Shown here: positions 40,542-58,508 of the stretch, in pieces
Numbering within the stretch: the stretch's first letter is position 1
Layout of the letters: every line of letters starts with the position of its first letter
Assembly: GCA_039096225.1 (NCBI GenBank)
Contig: JBBPEB010000017.1
Span: forward strand, 372,001 to 436,000
Source: Blastocystis sp. Blastoise
Lineage: Eukaryota > Protista > Bigyra: Opalinata
Reading direction: 5' to 3'
Length of the DNA stretch: 64,000 nucleotides
Position numbers and translations under genes: made by a program
The notes under the pieces: model-generated
What the model was told of the DNA's origin: nothing
What the model saw: only the letters and a program-made list of their open reading frames with translations
Databases searched by the model: none

Positions 40542-42694
40542 ATGGAATTATTAGGTAAACAATATATTGATCAATTTGGAGGATTCTGTGATATTGCAGA
40601 TCAAATCATCAAGGGCTTGGCAATCTCAACGAATCCAGTGTTTAATTCCAATTATTCTTTTAACAATAATATTTATCTGAATGGACCCTCAGGATGTGGT
40701 AAAACAAAATTTGCATTAAGTTTGGCAAAAGTATTGAATTGTAAATGTCGAACAATTACTTGTTCTGCTATCATTGATCAAAATATCGGCGATTCAGAAC
40801 AATTCATCAATGTAATTTATATATAAAATCTATTACTTATTTTCTTTTTTCATTTATTATAGAATTTATTCTTATATGAAGATCCAAATGTAAATACATT
40901 ATTCATTCTTGATGATGTACATATTTTATTTCCAATACAAAATAAATGGGGCATTAATACAAATGTATTTTTTGAAATTTCGTGTTAATTGATATTTTTT
41001 TAAATATTACTTCTATTATATGTTTATTTAGGTTCGATTAATGTATAGTCTTTTGGATAAGATAGAATATATTGTAAAGAACAAATTTCCATGGATATTT
41101 CTCCTTATATCATCCGAAGAAGTTAACCAAGAGATTTTATGCCATAAATATATATCTAAACAGATCTATATACCTCAATTAACCTATGAGCGACGTCAAG
41201 CATTTCTACGTTTGTTCTTAAAAACCATACCCTTAGAAGAGTATTTAATCTATTTATAGTTCTGATTTCTTAAATCTCTTATTATTATTTATAATATTTT
41301 ATTTTAAAAGAACTTATATATAGTTGAAATCTATATTTAAAATTTATATACTTTCTATTAAAAGAATTTATTGATTATTAAAATCTATATTTACAATTTA
41401 TTTTTATAAGAAATTTATATATTTTAAATATTATAATTATAGTATCATCATTTTTTATTGTTATCTATATATAGTGATCGTATTATTGAATCGGTGTCTC
41501 AAGTCACATCAGGATTTAATGCAGCAGATCTCTATTTATTATGCTCTAAATTATGTACTGTTCAATATCCTCAAGATTTATCATGTATATATATATATAG
41601 TTTTCTATCTGTATTTTATCTATATATCTATCTATTTGTATTCACATTCTATTACTTGAATTCTCTTTTTCAGTTTATTCTATCTTGTATTATATATATA
41701 TATATATATATATATCTAGCATCACCTCCTTATTCTCTGAAGCACTTTCAGTTTCTTCTTCCTTCTACACCTCCCTCTCAACTACGACAATTAATACCCG
41801 TTATTCCCATGGAAATGGGATTCAAAGCTTTACCAGGTATATAGTATTACTCTATATATTTATTATTATTATTACCTTATTATTATTATTATTACCTTAT
41901 TATTATTATATTATATATACTACTATTTATTCTTTATTAGGATACTCTGTATATATTGAACAACTTTCTGAATCCATCTTAATGCCGCTGAATAATTCAA
42001 ATATATATATTCAACATCATATTAAGCCAACTTCAGGTGTCTTTATTTCTGGACCTTCTGGAACAGGTATTTTTTATATTATATTTATTATTATTATATA
42101 ATACATATTTAATTATATAATATATATAATTATTTTTTTAAATTTCTAACTATATATATAATATCTATATTATAGGTAAATCGGCCTTAGTAGCCGCATT
42201 AGCCAAAGAAGTTGCTGGACATGCTAATGTAGTTCAGGTGAAATGCTCCGACGTTATCTCTAAAGTATATTACTCAGTCTATATTCAGTCTTTCCTTATT
42301 TACTCTATTATATATATTTATTCTATAATGTATATTTATTCTATTATATCCATATTTATTATATCATATATATCTATTCAATAATATCTATATTTTTAAG
42401 TATATTTTTATTCTATACTATATATTTCTACTATTATATCTATATCTTTTCTACTATCCAGTTAATCTATTATTTTTTCAATTTTTAAAACTATTCTATA
42501 TCAAATTTATCTATATATATATATTTCTACATTATATCTGTCTAGTACCTAGGTCAGTCAGAGAAGAACTTATATTCTATATTTGAGAGAGCCCGACAAT
42601 TATCTCCCTGTATATTATATTTAGATCAAATTGAAATACTTGGAAAACGAAGAGATTTAGATGTATCTGAAGAACGGTAAGTCATTATTTTATT

Positions 42695-42740
<46 letters not shown>

Positions 42741-43166
42741 CTCTCTCTCTTCTCTAGTACATTTGATCGATTACTTACTTGTCTTTTAACTCAACTTGAT
42801 GGACTATATACTGATTATTCTGGATCCTTAGGAATCGTTGTAATTGGTTCAACGTCACATGCTGATCTTGTTGATTCTGCACTCTTAAGACCAGGCAGAT
42901 TAGAAAAACATATTATTATAGAAACACTGACAGAGTCACAACGAAAAGAAATTATTGAATACAATCTTTCTTGTATTTCTACATATCTGGATACATCCTC
43001 ATCTACCCTATTTTCTTCAATCTCATCATATCTATTATCAAATACAGAACACTATAATGTTAGTGATATCAATAATATATTTAATAAAGCTAAAATAGAA
43101 GCTTTCAAAACGAATATACAATCACCTCAAATTACTCTTGACATTATAAAAAACTGTCTGAAATAA
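40542..43166 (+). CDS. Two-domain AAA+ ATPase (CDC48/SPATA5-like, no N-domain)
   Basis: GPSGCGKT and GPSGTGKS Walker A motifs, SKYLGQSEKNL, LLTQLDG, and VDSALLRPGRLEKHI (second region of homology). Confidence 0.9.
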
Positions 43167-43717
43167 TAAATTTATTAATCTGTGTCTTTTAAAAAATAAT
43201 ATGAATACCATTCAATTAGTTTGTTTTTTAGGTTTTAATATTTATCTATTAAATAAAACTACGTACTATAATTAATATATGCTATATGAAAATATCTAAT
43301 AATGAATGAATAAACATGAAAAAATGACATTCTTTTGGAATGAGAGATTATTTGAGAAAAAATTTATATAAAGGATATAGTGCACAATAAAAATAGAAGA
43401 ATTTTTATGAATCACTTTATAAATAAATAAAATAAACTTATTTTTTGTCAAATACATTCCATATAATGGAAATACATAATTTTTATATAAATTTTAAATA
43501 GTAGTGCATACTATAATAGAGAATTTGACTCATTAGAATCATAAATTAAAAAGAATTAAGCAGGAAACAGTGAAATAAAAAAAATTCTTTTCTATAGATA
43601 TTTCTTTATTTCAAGTGAAAAAAATAAAAAAATCGTGATATTTCAGTTTAAAGTTCTAAAATAGATAATTATTCTAATAATTAGTATCATTTTTTTATTT
43701 GCGACAATAAATACGAT

Positions 43718-46700
43718 ATGGATTTTGATATAGAAGTATGTCGGATTTTAATGAAGGGATCTATGGTTATTTTAGAAAATATTTCCAAATTACGTCGAGT
43801 CACTTTATTATGACTCGATTTTTGCATATATTACAAATGACAGTAATGTAGAATTGAGTGGAAAATCAGCTGTTTCATTTTTCTTGTCATCAGGATTATC
43901 CAAATTACAAATAAAAGATGTATATTGATCTATTTCATATTCATTAAAGTTAAAATCATGTATATTTGTTATGATTAATGATATATAGTTATGGAAAGTA
44001 TGTCCTGGTGAATCAACCTTGGAAGTTTCTGAAGAAAACTTTAGAATTATGTCAAGACTCGTTGCATTATCTCAGAACAATTTACCGATGTCTATTGATT
44101 CTTTATATAAGAATAGTATATTATCATATAAATTATTTATTCCATTATTCTTTTATACTTTAGAAAATAGTCGTATACCTGTGGCTAAATATAAGAATAT
44201 TCCTACACCTTGGTTTCCAAAACCTAATGAAGTTGCTTTTTATGATTACTGCTTTGATCTTGCTTCACATCATTCAAAAGCTATTACTATTGATGTATGT
44301 ATATTCATGTGTTTTACTTATATTGTGTCAAATCTATTTTTTCTAAATTTATATGTATTATCAGTTATATTAGCTATTATCTTCTCATATATATATATAT
44401 TTGATTCTTATATATTCTCTTATAGGGTAAAGATGCAGTTGTATTTCTTTTGAAATCAGGATTAGATAAATTGATTATTCGTGATGTATATATATATATT
44501 AATAATATGCTTAATAGTCAGTTTAATTAATATAATATAATAAATAGAATAAATATATATATAGTAATATAATAAATATAATATATATATAGATCTGGGC
44601 ATATGTAGATATACTAGAAAAACAGTCATTAGATCATTTTCAATGGCACGTAACACTACATTTAATTGCAGCTATTCAACAAGGAGAAAAGTTTTCTCTG
44701 AATACTATTCTAACATTATCGAAAGAATACCCTCTTCCTACTTTCGAAGGTGTATCTCCTCCTTCTTCTATTCCATCTGCTCCTATTCCATCTATTGATT
44801 CTCTCTTCTCCTCAATCTCTAGTCCATATACTTCTACCAATCCTACGACTTCATTAAATACACTCCTCTCTCCCGCTATTCTTCCCATGAATCAAATAAA
44901 CTCTATTTCAACGGGAGACATTCCATCCATGCCAAATTCCCGCGGTAATTCAAGACCTGTATCTCGATCTAATAGTATTACTAGTACTCATTCAAAAGAC
45001 CCTCTTGATGTATATATATATATATTTTTTTTTTGTTTAAAGATATTTTATTATTTATATTCTTATTATCTTTATAAGTTCATATATATATATATATATA
45101 TATAGGATAAAATTCGAACCTCTACTTTAGAATCTTGTATATATATATTTATTCTTATATCTATTTTATATGTTATAAATTAGATTTCATAGAATATAAT
45201 TATAAGTTTTATTATAATATATATATATATATAGGGATTGAAAAAGTAGATTTATTATGGGATCGTTTGACTGATAATATTTATAGTAAGATTGCTTCAA
45301 ATTCCCGCGGGGAAGATACTTCTATGAGTGTAGCTGATTGTGTGAATTTCCTTAAAACGAGTGGTCTGGAGAAATCGGCAATTAAAACTGTATTTATATT
45401 ATTCTTTTATTTATATATATATTTCTGCATGGTTTTCTTTTACTTGTCTTTCTATTCATACTCTTTATTCATTCTTTCTCTCTCTCTCTATATATATATA
45501 TATATAGATTTGGAATAGTTATATACAAAGTGATATCCCTACTGAAAGCGACCAGGAAGACGACTCTCTCTGTAGGGCGGAATTCATGTATATATTAAAG
45601 TATATATCTCTCGTACAATCTAATATGAGACCTTCTCAAGATGTCCTTCAATCTATGAAAGGTATATATAGCTATTCTATATGTATTCTATATACTTTAT
45701 ATGCTTATATATAAATATGTATATTTTATATTTATATTCTATTTATATTATATAATATATATATATAAATATTACATATGTATATATTCTGTATATAGTA
45801 TATGACATATTGGTTCCTTCATTAACTGGATATGAATCGATTTGTGGTCCCGCCCAAAAGGCCTTAGAGAAGCTGCGTCATATTATTGACATGAAACAGG
45901 AACAAATCAAAGAGGAAACACAACAGAATTCATTAAATAATGATTTATTTAGTTCTCCAGTGTCTATAGGTATATCCCAAACGACTCCATCTCTTTCTAG
46001 TTCTATCACTCCTCTATCTCTTCTCTCTAATCTTAATTCACTTTATTCTCAACCTAATAATAATAATGTGAATAATGGTGATAATAATAATGTGAATAAT
46101 ATTGAAAATAATAATAATATTGAAAATAATAATAATATTGAAAATAATAATAATAATATTGAAAATAATAATAATATTGAAAATAATAATAATAATATTG
46201 AAAATAATAATAATAATATGGATACTGTTCAGATGCAACCCTTAATGAACACACAAGAAAATATAGAAACTAAAAACATTTTAAATCCATCAATTCCCGC
46301 GGTTATGGAAGATCATTCTGTATCTGTTCCTAAACTCTACACCTCAGTTCTTCTTCAAAAGTTAACTCCTGTATCTTCCTTTCCTTCTCTTCCTAATGGA
46401 ACAGCTGATAGTTTGTCTATAGAGACTTATTTGTCTATTTTATCTTATTTATTGACTTCTGAACGCATACTAGAGGCCTCTGAGTACTATGAATATATTA
46501 AAGTAATCATTTTATTTCTTAGTGCTTGCTCTATTGATTATTATTATATATAATACTTATAATATACATTGTAATCATTGTTATTATACTAATAACACTA
46601 TATATGTATATAGTCACGCGATACTATAGAAGGTAAGAAGAGTCAGGAAACTAATGACGATTTACAACAACAAAAATTGAAGGTATATATATGTATATAT

Positions 46701-47988
46701 ATAACATTATATATAACATTATATATAACATTATATATATATATATAGTTAAAAGAATTAGATCATGTTGATTCATGGAAACAAATGAAAAAGGTGACAA
46801 CTATGAAAGAGGTAAGAAGTTATTTTACAGGAATTAGCTATAAATAAACTATTTTTATTTATTGAATTCTATTTAAATATTATGTTTATACTATATTTTT
46901 AAATATTATATTATAGTATATTATATTCTTCCTCCTATATATATATATATATATATATCTAGATGTGTAGTCGTATGAAAGAGTTTCATTTTGATATTAT
47001 GACAGATCGTTTTCAATCCTCTCTTTCATCCTCTTATATAGATCTATATAATGACAAAGGTATATTGAAAAGAATTATAATTATACTCTAATTTCTATTA
47101 TATAATAATGTTATATATATAATATATATATAGGAATGACTGCAGTGTTAGTATTATATAAACAAATCATATTTAATTATTCTATTATTATGAACTTTAA
47201 TAATGAACAGAATAATAGGTTCATCCAATCAATTATTAAGTGTGAAACAAAGTTATCTCAAGTATATATATACTATATACTATATATATACTATATTCTA
47301 GATGTTTTTATCTTCTTACAATCTATTGGTTGGATGCTCTGACGCACATAAAAATGAATTATATTCAAATGATCAAGTAAAACAACATATAAAATGTATA
47401 TATATTATTGTTCTTCTTTTCTTTTCTATTCATTTATCGAATTCTATATATTATTTCTTTATTTCATAAATATTTTTAAAATTCTTTTATTTTTTAGGTT
47501 TATTTGAGTTATACAAGATTCACAAACGTATATATTCGACATTATATACATTAGGAGAAGAAATAGAAGATATTGAGGTTGATTTAAATTCTAAATGGAA
47601 AGAAATATATAGTCAATATATAATGTTTAATTCGAAAGAAGAAGATAAACTTATACTTCCTGACTTATTCTATCAAGACTGTATATATAATAATTATAAG
47701 ACATTATTATACATTATTTTTTTGTTATCCTTATGGTTTATTCTATATTTAAATGCTTATTTTATAATTACTGAAATATACCTTAGATATTTAATGAAAT
47801 AAAAAATCATATATATATAACGATCAACCTATATAGTTTCTTCAGTATGTAAATTGTGTTTTTCCCATGAAAATGATGAGCATCTTGAGTATATAAATGG
47901 ATCGAATTACCATGTTTCTTGTGCAAACTTTTATATTCGTGAAATTGAATCACTTCTTCCCTCTTTTATTGAAGATCCATTCCTTTAA
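43718..47988 (+). CDS. EH-domain protein, synergin-gamma-like
   Basis: Three EH-like repeats (GKSAVSFFLSSGL, GKDAVVFLLKSGLD, CVNFLKTSGLE) and a C-terminal VCKLC..YHVSCANFYI resembling the synergin gamma C-terminus. Confidence 0.75.
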
Positions 47989-49107
47989 ATTCTATATAAT
48001 CTTATTAATATATATATATATATATTATAATTCATTTCATCTTGTATTATTATTGTTTTGCTAACCATGTATTCTGTTTTACTCTTTATTCTATATCATC
48101 TTTTCTATTACTATTCTGATATCTATACAGTCATATATTATTTTCTCAAGACTTTTATTTTCATCTCTTTCTTGATTTCTTTTTTCTTGAAACCATGTTT
48201 TGAATACTATTGACTTTTTGTAGATTTCCAAAATTAAAAAAAAAATTTTTATTCAATAAATAATTATTACAGTAGAAACTTTTATTGTTATTCATTTATA
48301 AATCCATTATCTGAGATATCCATTAATTGAAATATATTTTAAAAGTAAGAGTATCATTTTATATTAAAAAAAAAACACAAAATATTCTTCAATGACAGGA
48401 AATAATTAAATAATAAAAGGATAAAATATATTGATGTAGCTGTGGATGAATGGGTAATAAAATGAACATAAAAATCATTCTAACTATGCACTTTATATGA
48501 ATTTGTTGAATGTTAGCCGTTTAGAGTGCCAATAATTGATTGAATTTGCTATGAAACATACATAAAAAGTGAATAAAAACTGTTTAAACATGCTCTTCTA
48601 ACTGTGATAGAGACTAGAAGCAAAAGAAAAGAATTCTAAGTTGGTTATTCATATTCATTAATGTTTGGATAAAGACAGTTCGTATCTGGATGTCCAAATA
48701 ATTGGATTAAATATTCATTTTCAAAAAGATCACCAAATAGTTGGTCTTAATTAAACAACACGAAAAGGTTATCATTTTTTCAAAGGTGTGTGTCATGAAT
48801 CCAGTGAACCAATTATTCGATGATATGATTGGATGAACAAGAAAACCGATGACAGATTCGATGGTTTTATTGGGAATCATTTCTAGACGTCATTTCTATT
48901 TGCTGAATTTAAACTGATGGAGAATGTATAGGACAAGAATTTATTAGAAATTTCTGTCTTGTTTTTTATGTAGGAGGATGCTGCGTCACTGTATAAAAAA
49001 GTTTTATGATATTAATTAAATAATTCTCTTCGATTAAATAATTTTAATCTTGAAATATAACAGAAACCTATATTTCAAATAATGCTAAAGAACGGATCTA
49101 TTTAAAA

Positions 49108-50834
49108 ATGCTCTCTAAAACAATAAATACTATAATTCCTACTGTTTCACACTCTATACCTGCCTTAAGTGTCATCAAATCATTCAGATCCTATAGTTCT
49201 GAAACTCGTATGATACTAAAACAATATCTTTATTCTCTTTAGAGTTACCTAGTGACATTTTGAGGTCCACTATCTATAATTATGTGAAAGGTGAACATAA
49301 TGCTGTAATTCTTCATGGTCTTATGGGTATATATTTATGATTAATGAGTTCTATTTTGTTTTTTGGTGATGTTTTGACTTATTTGTTTCTAAATGTATCT
49401 TTATTTTTAGGAAACCGAAGAAATTGGAATACTTTTTCTAAAAGGTATCTTGATTATATGTATTAGTTGATATAACTGATTATTTCTCTATAGAATAATT
49501 AAAGAATATCCTCAATGGAAAGTATTTTTTTCTAAATTTTTCTTAAAATCTGACTATTTATTATATAAATAATATAGGTTTGGGGTTTCGATTTAAGAGG
49601 TCATGGAGATTCTTCACATTTAGAAGGAGCTTATTCTATCCCTGCATTAGCAGAAGATGTGGTTCGTTCGATGCAATTTCATAATATGTTTCCTGAAGTG
49701 ATTGTAGGTCATTCCCTTGGGGGTAAGGTCGTATTAGAAATACTCAAACAGATGAAAGGCCAAAACTTAACTCTTCCTTATCATGCATATTTGATTGATA
49801 TATCCTTATTCTTTATATATATATTCTATTCTTGTTGAAATTTATATTCTTGAGTATACATTATATATAATTTCTTGCTTCTCTATATATTCTATTCTTG
49901 TTGAAATTTATATTCTTGAGTATACATTATATATAATTTCTTGTTTCTCTATATAGTCTATTCTTGTTGAAATTTATATTCTTGAGTATACATTTTATAT
50001 AATTTCTTGTTTCTCTCTCTCTATATATATAAATATGATGGTAATCCTTTATGAATATACACTCTTCCCTGTGCTGTTGAGAGTTCTGAAGATATTAAAG
50101 ATGTACAATCTATTATCAATATAACTAAGAATATACCTCAACCCATACATGGCTTTCATGATCTTATTACTAAAGTAACGGACATGGGACTCTCTATGAC
50201 TCTCGCGGGATGGCTATCCACATCACTCAAGTATTTATTATATACATATAGTTAGAAAATGTTTTTTTAAGGAATTATTATTATTATTTTTATTCACTAT
50301 TTGCTTTTAATGTGTTCTATGTTATTATTTATATATATGTAATATTCTGTTATTCCTATATATTATATTCTGTTATTCTTTATATATATTATGATATGGT
50401 ATTCTTTGTATATTATATTATTACATTAGAATATATTATTATTTATATTATATCTAATATTCTATATATATTAAATAATCATATATGCTAACTATTCTAT
50501 ATAATATATATACCCCTATAGACCTATTCCGAACACTCCATATTATCATTTAATCTTTGATCCTAATCATATGGAGGAGTTATTAGAGAGTTATAAACAC
50601 TTGGATTATATGAATTATCTTCAATCCCCTCCCAAGGAAGTCCAAATTACCCTCATTCGTGCGGCACTTAATAAGTCTTGGAATCCCTCCCTTATAGAGT
50701 CATTAGAGACTATTGAGAGGGATACAAATCATCAAGTTCAATTGGCTTCAGTTCATAGTAACCATTGGGTACATATAGAGAATCCTGATGGTCTATTAAA
50801 TGTATTAAAACCATCCTTAGAAGATTATGAATAA
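49108..50834 (+). CDS. ABHD11-like alpha/beta hydrolase with probable mitochondrial-type targeting peptide
   Basis: LHGLMGNRRNW, DLRGHGDS, GHSLGGKV nucleophile elbow and HWVHIENP. The frame is completed only by an AT-AC intron. Confidence 0.9.
49800..50060 (+). other. U12-type AT-AC intron
   Basis: 5' ATATCCTT, branch-point-like TCCTTTAT about 10-15 nt from the end, and 3' AC. Removal gives in-frame YLID|TLPCAVE. Confidence 0.85.
49822..50018. repeat. 66-bp tandem repeat x3 inside the AT-AC intron
   Basis: TTCTTGTTGAAATTTATATTCTTGAGTATACATT recurs at 49829, 49895 and 49961. Confidence 0.9.
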
Positions 50835-51610
50835 GAATACTTTATCAGGATCTTCTATACTTATAGCACAAATCATTCCCTGTCCATTCCAGAACATCAA
50901 ATATCTGTAATAAACACGATTATCTCTCATTATATCCAGATCAACTTCTTTTTCAACTTTTCTTGTAGTATAAATCAATGAATCATACTTTTCTATTTTT
51001 TTAAATTTAATATTTTTAGGATAGTTTCTATTGCTAGTATCATTTTTTTTTCACTTTTTTTTTAAACATTTTTCAATTCTATTTTTGAGTTCTTTATTTC
51101 TGAAACTATTTTTATCATTATTAATATGGATTTTTAGCTATTACTATTATTTCTTTTGATAATATGATATTGCTTTGTTCAACTAATCATGTTTTAACTA
51201 ATCAGAGGACACTACTCAAATCCTAATCATATAATAACCATTTATTCAGGAAATATGATGAATATAATATTAGAAAAACATTTTAAATAATTAACGACTA
51301 TTCAAGAGTCAATAAATAGTGCTATATACATAAGAATGGACAAAAGTGAGCAATCGATGCATTGATTGTGTGAATAATGCTGACCTATAATGATTTACTT
51401 ATAATCTATATTATATGTATGACATAGTCATGGTGAAAAGATGAATATTAGAATATAAGTTAGGTTAATACAAAAGAATTATGACAAAAATAATATTTTT
51501 TTATGAAAATTTTCCTGGAAACAGCAATTTCTTCTCTTTTTTTAGGAAACATAAATATTCATTGTGTTATGAATATGGTTATTCGACTTAATATAAAACA
51601 GAACAAGAAT

Positions 51611-55279
<3,669 letters not shown>

Positions 55280-55711
55280 AAATATCTTCATTCTTTTCTC
55301 TTTTTTACTATAAACTATCTCTTTTCTTTTATTATTTATAACTTTTCTCAGCTTCATTTTCATTTCAATATTATTATTTATTATATTCTTAAAATAACAT
55401 TTTTGATGTTTTTAAAACAATATTCTGGCATTTAAAAAATTATGTAAATTAAATTAAAACTGTTTTAATAATGTGTGTTTTGATTATTCACTTTTAGTAG
55501 AATCACTCTACAATAGCTTATGATGTATATATTATTTTATAGTTTTTATATTCTGTATAAATAATTAATAACATGCATATAAAGAGAAGTACACACAAAT
55601 AATGAGTCTATTCAATCCATTAGTGTAATAAACAAAAAAAAAAACATAACAACACAACAACATATTCATTAATTAATAATATAAAATAATATACAATATA
55701 TAGATGAAGAC

Positions 55712-56128
55712 TTAACATAAAGAACTGACATAAGCACTTAAATTAGCAGTGAAAATAGGTAATTTGACTTCAGTTCCAACTTTCCAAAGAGGATTCTTAA
55801 CTACATATTCAATGAAGAGGTCATAAATATGCCATAAAGCATCAGTCATATCGGGTGTTTCATTGTCTGTGTTAACTATAAAACGAAGACCACTTGGTGT
55901 ATCTAGATGATAAAGAGTATATGTTTTTGTCTTGAAACAATGAAGTCCTTCTTCAGCTTCAGGATTTGGTGAAAGAGTTTTGATAAATTGTTTGAGAGAA
56001 AAAATAAGTCCAAAAATCAATTTCTTTTCCTCATCACGATTTGATTTGAAAGCATCATGTTCTCTTGTCCATTCATGATAATATAAACAACTTCCTGTTG
56101 TATCAAATATATATATATTATAAATCAT
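55712..56128 (-). CDS. TRAPPC1: TRAPP complex subunit 1 (Bet5, sybindin-like), intronless
   Basis: IYNIYIFD..CLYYHEW, EEKKLIFGLIFSLK, FKTKTYTLY..TPSGLRFIVNTD and LFIEYVVKNP. Confidence 0.93.
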   Translation of the reverse strand: MIYNIYIFDTTGSCLYYHEWTREHDAFKSNRDEEKKLIFGLIFSLKQFIKTLSPNPEAEEGLHCFKTKTYTLYHLDTPSGLRFIVNTDNETPDMTDALWHIYDLFIEYVVKNPLWKVGTEVKLPIFTANLSAYVSSLC

Positions 56129-56355
56129 CTCCTTAGATCACAAATAAAACAAGTTTATAAAAAAAAAGAAATAAACAAAATCTTTCAGTGTTTGTTTCAA
56201 AATCCCCAAAAATATTTTTAATAAAAATTTTTTATTTTGTTTCTTGACAAAAGTCTGTCAGCACACTTGAGTTTTATGTATATTATAAAATTATGAATGT
56301 TTTATGAATGAAAATTATCTAGTCTGCTAATAGACACTTGTAATTATTATAAAGA

Positions 56356-58193
56356 ATGTCAGAAACAAGTAATGTTGTCACTAAAAAGCGAAAAAGAGTT
56401 TGCAATTCAGCATCCACGATCGATAGAAAACGTATAGATACGAATGTAAACTTCATTTTCCAGGATGAAACAAAAGTGAGTATACCATTGTTTTTTGTGA
56501 AGAATCATCCCAAATCAGTGTTATTTTTAACTTATGAGTGTCCAAACAGTTATATAGAAGATGAAGATGCTTATTATATAGATCATCCACCATTATCTAT
56601 GGATAAATCAATTCAATATTTACAAAATACTATTTCATTGAAGTCTTGTAATATAGATGAAGTCATTGATATATACAATAATTTAAAGTTTTACTTTTAT
56701 AATGAAACTGTTGACTATCAATTACAAGTATTCGATTTCTTAACTGAAACACTTAATTTATTTGCAAAAGAGAATGATTGTAAATTGTATGTTTCATGTA
56801 TTATTTAATTTATATATATATATATATATTTAGATATAGACATCAAAAATATTTTTATAACTCAAAAGAACAATATTATTTATATATAAATGGTATTTTA
56901 AATATATGTCTTTATTATGTATACTATATTTATAGGAATTATCAACGAAAGTAGAAATAAATTATTTCTTCAATATTCACGTTTATTTAAATTTCTTAAT
57001 GTGACTAAAGTTTCTTTAGATTGTAAATTGAAATTATATATATATTAACTTTATATATTGTTTATAGATGATCTATTGGAAGATATTCCTTATGAATATA
57101 TATATCCCTCCAATTTACTTGAAATATTCCCTGAATTGGAAAGTTATACAATTGGACGTATATATATATATATATATAATATATATGTTGATCTATTTTT
57201 CATGATATATAATTCTATAGCTTCTTATTATCCCAAACAAAAGGATTATATTATTACTAAAACAGACCGTTATTATCATAGTCTATATTCACATTATAAA
57301 CTATTATGTCATAAGAAGTATTCTCCTGCAGTATATGATGCTTATGTGTCTATGTACTCAAGGGAAGAAAGAGATGATTTATTTGATCCGCAATTAGAAA
57401 TGTATATACCCGATAAAAATGAAAATAATGATAAAAGTAATGATAAAAATGAAAATGAAAATAAAAATAAAAATAAAAATGATGATAAAAATGAAAATAA
57501 AAATGATGATAAAAAGGATAATAAAAATGATGAAAATGATGATGAAAATAATGATAAAAATAATGATAAAAATAATTATAACGATATTATAACTAATGAT
57601 TTATTTAATATTTTTGCTTATCATGATTTTCTTGATTTTTGTGCAAGTCAGAATAATCATTATTTTTATACTATGTTTCAAACTCCCTATGATGAGAGTG
57701 ATATCCCTGATAATCCGTTTGAGGCCTATAAGAATTATATTCAAGCTAAAAATATAAATATTTATGAAGAAATTAGGAATGGAAAAGAAGAAGATAAACC
57801 AGATATAATTCTTCAATCTAAAAGTCATTATAACCGTGAATATAATGAAGAACAGATGAAATTAAATAATAAAGAAATAAAAAAAGTTAGCAATACGTAT
57901 AGTTTTGATTTTAAAAAAGATAACAGTATGTATAGAATTATTTATATATTATTATGATTATATATCTATATATCTTATAGTAAAAGATATTTCACATCCT
58001 GTATTTAAGTATATATCTATATGAATATTGTTTTTTATATCCTGTTTAAAATGATAAACATTTTGAATGTTATATCCATATATTTATATTATTTATTTAT
58101 TAATTATAGTTGTTTTTTTGACAATTATAATGAATTACTTGATTATATAATAAAATTTCCTATTTGTAAACAAATTCAAAACTTTAGAGGGTG

Positions 58194-58233
<40 letters not shown>

Positions 58234-58477
58234 CGTATAAAACGTATGACATTCAATTTGAATTTCCACCCTTCTTACGACTATTAAGAGAAGGGTTCTT
58301 TGATTCTATTCAGATTATGGATATCTTTTCATGTATTAATATTATTCATAGTATCATATATATATATATATATATAGTTTTTAGTTTGAATAGTTCTTCT
58401 GAGTATATACCATTATTTAAAGATATTATTACTACTCATATTTTTCCAAATGTTACTACGCTTCAAATAACATCACG

Positions 58478-58508
<31 letters not shown>

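Noticed and set aside
48390-49080. Slightly GC-richer intergenic stretch as a hidden gene or ncRNA
   Set aside because: I found no convincing ORF, splice pattern or RNA structure by eye. An Rfam or RNA-seq check would be needed.
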